A stretch of 64,000 nucleotides of DNA. Origin: Chloroflexota bacterium (GTDB lineage: Bacteria > Chloroflexota > UBA11872 > VXNJ01). The DNA is taken from the NCBI GenBank assembly GCA_965261345.1, contig OZ253449.1:896001-960000 (forward strand). Reading direction: 5' to 3'. Below are positions 59,391 to 64,000 of the stretch, one piece after another. The notes beneath the pieces are model-generated. The model saw nothing but the letters and a program-made list of their open reading frames with translations, was not told where the DNA came from and did not search any database. The translations under genes were made by a program, and so were the position numbers. Positions within the stretch are counted from its first letter, which is position 1. Every line of letters starts with the position of its first letter.

Positions 59391-60719
59391 TCAGATGCCG
59401 CCCAAGTATCGGCCCGGCGAGAGAACTTTCAGCGGATCCATCGCCTCTTTTAGCCTCAGCATCGCCGCCCAGGCCACCGGGTCGGCCGGGCCCCAGGGAT
59501 CCAATTGCTCGGCCAGGGAACCCGGCAGATGATCGAATCGGCAGTTTCCGCGGTGGGCGCCGACCTGCTCTCGCAGCCAGCTCAGCTCGTTCCCAGCAGC
59601 TTCCGATTCGGCTTCGGCGTTACCTATTGCCAACCAGGCCAACCCGTGCTCGGTGCGCCCCCAGGCGCCAAAATCCAGCCCCCGGTCACGCAGCCGCTTT
59701 GCAGCCGCCAGCAGAACCTCAAACCGCTGGCGGGCCGGCAAGGCGATCGCGGCCACAGCCGCTCCGGCGCGCTGACTTCCCGGCTGCAGCCGGGAAGTCC
59801 TGCGCCAAAACGCCATCGATTGTTCCGATTCCCACGAAGTCAATTCGATCGCCCGGCAATCCTGAAAGATCTTTAAGGCGTCACGTAGTCCGCGAGCGTT
59901 GGTTTCGCGCCTGCCACCAAAGCGCAGAGCGATCACCGCGCCGGAGTCGGTCCTGTCGGGAAAAATATCAGCGGTGGCCGAGCCCAAAAACAGGTCGGCC
60001 GCCATGGGCCAAAACTCGGCCTGGCTGAGGGCGGTAAGGGCCGGCCAGGGATCGGCCACGGCGGCGGCCAGAGTGGATTCGGCCTCGGGTAGCGGCCAGA
60101 CCTTCAAGTTCACGTCGGTAATTACCCCCAGGGTGCCGAACGCCCCAGTGTGCAAACGGGTCAGATCATATCCGGATACGTTCTTGACCACCCGCCCGCC
60201 GGCGGAACTTAATTGACCGTCGGGCCCGGCCACCCTAATCCCCAGCAGCTGGTCGCGCAATGCCCCGTAACGCCGCCGCAACGGGCCCTCGGAGGCGGTG
60301 GCGAGTAGGCCGCCCAGCGTGGCATCTTGCGGCCACGGAGGGTCGAGCGCCAGGAATTGGCCGCGACCGGCCAATTCGCTCTGCAGCTGCGCAAGCCGTA
60401 TCCCGGCTTGCGCCGAAACGGTCAGGTCCTCCGATTGGTAGTCGTTAATGCCGTTCAGCGCCGCTGTGGAAAACAGAACGTCTACCCTGCCGGGATTTCT
60501 TCCCCGGTCGAGCTTGGTGCCTGAGCCCACCGCGACCGCCGCCGCGCCAAGATCAGCACAGAGTTTGAGTGCGGCCGCCAGGAGCTCGGGGGTACCCGGA
60601 ATTGCCAGCAGGGCCCGCTCAGCCCCCAGTTTGGCCATCTGCTCCGGGTCGGCCGGCCCCAGCGAATCCGGACCGAGCAAGTCGGCCAACCGGCCGTACA
60701 GGCTGCTGCTTCCGCTCAA
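59391..60719 (-). CDS. glcE: Glycolate oxidase FAD-binding subunit (GlcE-like)
   Basis: ATLGG, GGRVVKNVSGYDL.RL..GAFGTLGVI, LKEAMDP..LSPGR; directly upstream of glcF. Confidence 0.85.
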   Translation of the reverse strand: MSGSSSLYGRLADLLGPDSLGPADPEQMAKLGAERALLAIPGTPELLAAALKLCADLGAAAVAVGSGTKLDRGRNPGRVDVLFSTAALNGINDYQSEDLTVSAQAGIRLAQLQSELAGRGQFLALDPPWPQDATLGGLLATASEGPLRRRYGALRDQLLGIRVAGPDGQLSSAGGRVVKNVSGYDLTRLHTGAFGTLGVITDVNLKVWPLPEAESTLAAAVADPWPALTALSQAEFWPMAADLFLGSATADIFPDRTDSGAVIALRFGGRRETNARGLRDALKIFQDCRAIELTSWESEQSMAFWRRTSRLQPGSQRAGAAVAAIALPARQRFEVLLAAAKRLRDRGLDFGAWGRTEHGLAWLAIGNAEAESEAAGNELSWLREQVGAHRGNCRFDHLPGSLAEQLDPWGPADPVAWAAMLRLKEAMDPLKVLSPGRYLGGI

Positions 60720-60851
60720 GGTATTTCTAGCGCGTTCGTATTGGGGAAAATTAACTTGAAGGAATTACCCATGACATTTTGCGGTTACTCATCTACTAAG
60801 GAAGCGACTGCTGCGGCCCGTTTGCAACCACCCGGGTTCCATTAGGCAGGA

Positions 60852-61508
60852 TTGCGCGTGATGGGTCAATCTCCGGGGCAATTGGACCTGTTCCCGCTAA
60901 ACACCGTGCTGCTGCCAGGATGCGTGCTTCCGCTCCACATATTTGAGCCGCGCTACATGCAGATGACCGCCGATTGCCTTGCCCGGCAGGGCCAATTCGG
61001 AGTTGTGTTCATTACCGCCGGATCTGAAGCTGGCGACCCCGACGCCGAATTTTGCGATGTGGGGACGGCCTGCCGGATCGTCCATTGCCAGGAAAAAGCC
61101 GATCAAACTCGCGATATACGGGTGCTTGGCCTGCGGAGATTCAAGGTGGTTCAATTGCTTGAAAAGCACCCGGTGGCCTCGGCCGAAGTTGAATCGATGC
61201 CCTGGGGCGAACCCTCGACCGCCGGCATCGCCAGCGCCCATCGGTTATCGAACAATTTCGGCCACTACTGGGACCTCTTGATGCGGATGGGGGCGTTCTA
61301 TCGGCGCCAGCCCAAACTGGGCGACGACCCGCTGCGGTGCGCGTTGACTGTGGCCGCCAATTTGATGGTGGCCCCGCAACAGCGCCAGCTCTTCCTGGAT
61401 GCGCCCGGAGTCGACGACCTGCTCGCGCTATGCCTCGAACTGCTCGAGGCGGCCACCGGAGAACTCCAACGCCAACTCAATGCCCGCCGGGGACCGGATC
61501 GGAACTGA
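60852..61508 (+). CDS. LON peptidase substrate-binding domain protein
   Basis: LFPLNTVLLPG..LPLHIFEPRY..M..DC, G..RF. Confidence 0.9.
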   Translation: MRVMGQSPGQLDLFPLNTVLLPGCVLPLHIFEPRYMQMTADCLARQGQFGVVFITAGSEAGDPDAEFCDVGTACRIVHCQEKADQTRDIRVLGLRRFKVVQLLEKHPVASAEVESMPWGEPSTAGIASAHRLSNNFGHYWDLLMRMGAFYRRQPKLGDDPLRCALTVAANLMVAPQQRQLFLDAPGVDDLLALCLELLEAATGELQRQLNARRGPDRN

Positions 61509-61549
61509 CGCATGCAACTACCAACGTTCCGGTATTCGGCCGGCACCTG

Positions 61550-63049
61550 ATGCGGCAAACCGAGGATCCCTCCGCCCGATCGGTCGCCGATCCGGCGCCC
61601 CGCTACGACGTGCCGCAACTGGCCAACGAACTGCGTGCGGCGCTGGACCCGGCCAACATCCTCGACCAGCCGTATCAGACGATGCTGTACGAAACGGACG
61701 GCTCGACCGACCGCCACCGCTGCGACCTGGTGGCCCTGCCGGAAAACACGGCGCAGGTAGCCGCGCTCATCAAGATCTGCCGACGCCACCACGCCCCGAT
61801 AGTTGCCCGCGGCGCCGGCACCTCGCTTTCCGGGACCGCGGTCCCGGCTGAGGCCGGGGTCGTGGTCTCAACCGCAAGAATGAACCAGATCTTGGAGATC
61901 GACCCGATCTCGCGCACGGCGGTGGTCCAGCCCGGAGTTGTCCAGCTGGATATCTCGCTGGCCGCCAGCCGGTTTGGTCTCTACTACGCCCCTGATCCCT
62001 CTTCGCAGAAATCCTGCACCATCGGCGGAAACGTTGGTACCAACGCCGGTGGCCCGCACACCCTGGCCTACGGCGTGACCTCCAACCACATACACGGGCT
62101 CGAATGGGTCGACCCCGACGGCCGCATCGCCCGCATGGATGCGGTGCGCGAAGGCCCGGGCTACGACTTGACCGGGCTGCTGATAGGGTCCGAAGGCACC
62201 CTGGCGATCGTGACCGAAATCACCGTTGGCCTGCTTCGCCAGCCCGAGGACGCGCGTACCCTGCTGGCCAGTTTTGAGTCGGTTACCAGCGCCTGCCAGG
62301 CGGTATCGGACATCATCGCCGCGGGAATCATACCGGCCGCCTGCGAGCTGATGGACCGGCCCTGCGCACAGGCGGTCGCCGGCTGGGTGCCATCGGCGCG
62401 TATCCCGCAAGATGCCGGAGCGGTGATGGTGGTCGAGGTCGAAGGCGTCACCGAGGGCCTCGACCACGACGCGATCGCGATCGAGGCGATCTGTCGCAAA
62501 AACGCCGGCCTGATTGAGATCCGCCGGGCCGGCGACGAGGCCGAGCGCGAGGATCTCTGGAAGGCGCGCAAGGGGGCGTTTGGGGCGATCGGGGTTTTGG
62601 CCCCGGATTTCTACGTTCAGGACGGAGTGGTTCCTCGCAGCAAGTTGCCGCAGGCAATAGAGGCGGTTGCCGAAATCGGCGAGCGCTTCGACCTCAAAAT
62701 CATGAACGTTTTTCACGCTGGCGACGGCAACATCCACCCCACCATCCTGTTCGATCGACTAGGTGAGGCCGGTTCGCTCGAACGCGTAAAACAGGCTGGG
62801 GCGGCCATCCTGCAGGTTTGCATGGATTACGGTGGGACCCTTACCGGTGAACACGGGCTGGGGATGGAAAAGAACATGCTGCTCGCCCAGCTCCTGGACC
62901 CTCCCTCACTGGAGGCCATGGTCAGGGTTCGCGACGCATTCGCACCGCACCGCCTGTTTAATCCGTCGAAGCTGCTACCGCTGGAGCTATCGCGATCCGA
63001 CCTGGCGTCCTACCCGGAACCAAAGCGGGCGGTCCGGGCGGCCTCGTAA
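61550..63049 (+). CDS. glcD: Glycolate oxidase FAD-linked subunit (GlcD-like)
   Basis: RGAGTSLSG, YAPDPSSQ..CTIGGN, GSEGTL, FHAGDGNIHP, GEHG.G.EK; ATG 61550 inferred. Confidence 0.9.
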   Translation: MRQTEDPSARSVADPAPRYDVPQLANELRAALDPANILDQPYQTMLYETDGSTDRHRCDLVALPENTAQVAALIKICRRHHAPIVARGAGTSLSGTAVPAEAGVVVSTARMNQILEIDPISRTAVVQPGVVQLDISLAASRFGLYYAPDPSSQKSCTIGGNVGTNAGGPHTLAYGVTSNHIHGLEWVDPDGRIARMDAVREGPGYDLTGLLIGSEGTLAIVTEITVGLLRQPEDARTLLASFESVTSACQAVSDIIAAGIIPAACELMDRPCAQAVAGWVPSARIPQDAGAVMVVEVEGVTEGLDHDAIAIEAICRKNAGLIEIRRAGDEAEREDLWKARKGAFGAIGVLAPDFYVQDGVVPRSKLPQAIEAVAEIGERFDLKIMNVFHAGDGNIHPTILFDRLGEAGSLERVKQAGAAILQVCMDYGGTLTGEHGLGMEKNMLLAQLLDPPSLEAMVRVRDAFAPHRLFNPSKLLPLELSRSDLASYPEPKRAVRAAS

Positions 63050-63630
63050 TCGGTCCGGTAATTAAAGTGCGGGGGTATCCACTCTCGACGGGCCGGAACC
63101 GCAACCAAATGGTTGGCGTGGTCGCGCAGCACCGCACGCATGCCGGCGTCTTCTTCGCCGACCATGGCCAATTCGCCAAACAGATCGGCGCGAAAGAGTA
63201 CCGGATGAATCCGCCGGCCGGCGACTTCCGGACAGATGATGCGGGCGCAGGGCTGTTCCCGGGCGGTCTTTAGCAACAGGGCGATCAGGCCTGACTCGAC
63301 CGGCTGGTCGACGTTGCAAAAGATTGCCAGGCTGCTTCCGGCAACGGCCCGCGCGGCCAGGTTCACCGATGACGCGCGGCCCGCATCGGGATTGCGATTG
63401 TGAGCGATCTCGACGTTGGCCAAACCCTCAACCGCAGCACCCACCAAATCCGATTGATGCCCGGTCACCACCGCCACCCGAACGGCCCCGCCTTCAAGCA
63501 AGGCCGCAGCCTGCCAGGCCACCAGCGGTCGGCCGCCCCAATCCAGCAGCGCCTTGGGGGCTCCCATCCTGGCTCCCGCCCCGGCGGCCAGAACCACCCC
63601 GGCCGGACCGGACCGGTCCACCCGGGTCAA
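63010..63630 (-). CDS. MocA-like NTP transferase (molybdenum cofactor cytidylyltransferase family)
   Basis: VVLAAGAGARMG.PKALL, NVDQP, HPVLF. Confidence 0.85.
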   Translation of the reverse strand: MTRVDRSGPAGVVLAAGAGARMGAPKALLDWGGRPLVAWQAAALLEGGAVRVAVVTGHQSDLVGAAVEGLANVEIAHNRNPDAGRASSVNLAARAVAGSSLAIFCNVDQPVESGLIALLLKTAREQPCARIICPEVAGRRIHPVLFRADLFGELAMVGEEDAGMRAVLRDHANHLVAVPARREWIPPHFNYRTDYEAARTARFGSG

Positions 63631-64000
63631 TCGCCGATCAGGGCAAGCTGGCCGGTTTCGGTCGATTCGTATATGGCGTCGACGATCTGCGTGACCGCGC
63701 GGGCCTGCGCGGGCAACACCAGCACCTCGGAATCGGCAATAACGGCTTCAACAAATGTTTCGATCCCGCGTGCATGCTGCTGGCGGTAGTCAAGCTGCCC
63801 AATCGGGTTCGGCTCGACGTCAAGGAGGATCGAGCCGTCGTCGTAGAACAGCTTTGGAGGAAAAACCTGGGCCCCGCCGCGGTCGCCGGCCAGCATCAGC
63901 TGCTGGGATTCCTGCACCGGGAAATTTATCGCCCAGGCGCACTCGAAGTTGACGATCGCGCCGTTGTCGAATTTGATGCTGGCGAAGGCGGAGTCGTCGA
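63627..64000 (-). CDS. Gfo/Idh/MocA oxidoreductase, C-terminal part (continues beyond the window)
   Basis: DSAFASIKFDNGA..E.AWA; VTQIVDAIYES..TG. Confidence 0.75.
   Translation of the reverse strand, partial: DDSAFASIKFDNGAIVNFECAWAINFPVQESQQLMLAGDRGGAQVFPPKLFYDDGSILLDVEPNPIGQLDYRQQHARGIETFVEAVIADSEVLVLPAQARAVTQIVDAIYESTETGQLALIGD

Overview
High-GC bacterial chromosomal window. Gene content (repeated F..y...GG...GYP surface domain, DYSQIDLR-type PolA, mtnP-ahcY-metK cluster, LRR surface protein) suggests a Chloroflexota genome, possibly host-associated; this is inference. Two intact housekeeping blocks flank a decayed accessory island. The left block (1-33 kb) holds mutM, split xdhC, MMPL, polA, an ECF sigma/anti-sigma pair, modABC, metK, ahcY, mtnP, ffh, tRNA-Glu, a rodZ-like gene, an unknown membrane operon, mnmG, a sulfatase, dedA and tRNA-Asp. 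The right block (47.6-64 kb) holds tRNA-Tyr, tpiA, a double-length uvrA, a moaD-like gene, ftsY, glcEF/glcD and a mocA-like gene. The island (about 33-47.6 kb) lies downstream of tRNA-Tyr. It contains a fragmented type IIG-like restriction-methylase gene cut exactly at the left end of a 2.6-kb IS1595 element. That element carries an intact beta-class DNA methyltransferase-HNH nuclease fusion and a 39-aa basic peptide as cargo, and is the best candidate for an undescribed system. The island also has a HEPN-like gene, an uncharacterised WDG-protein/ART-like gene pair, a nested stack of four IS remnants (IS110, ISNCY-like, IS481, IS3) and a vapBC module with a perfect operator. No CRISPR array, rRNA or integrase was seen.
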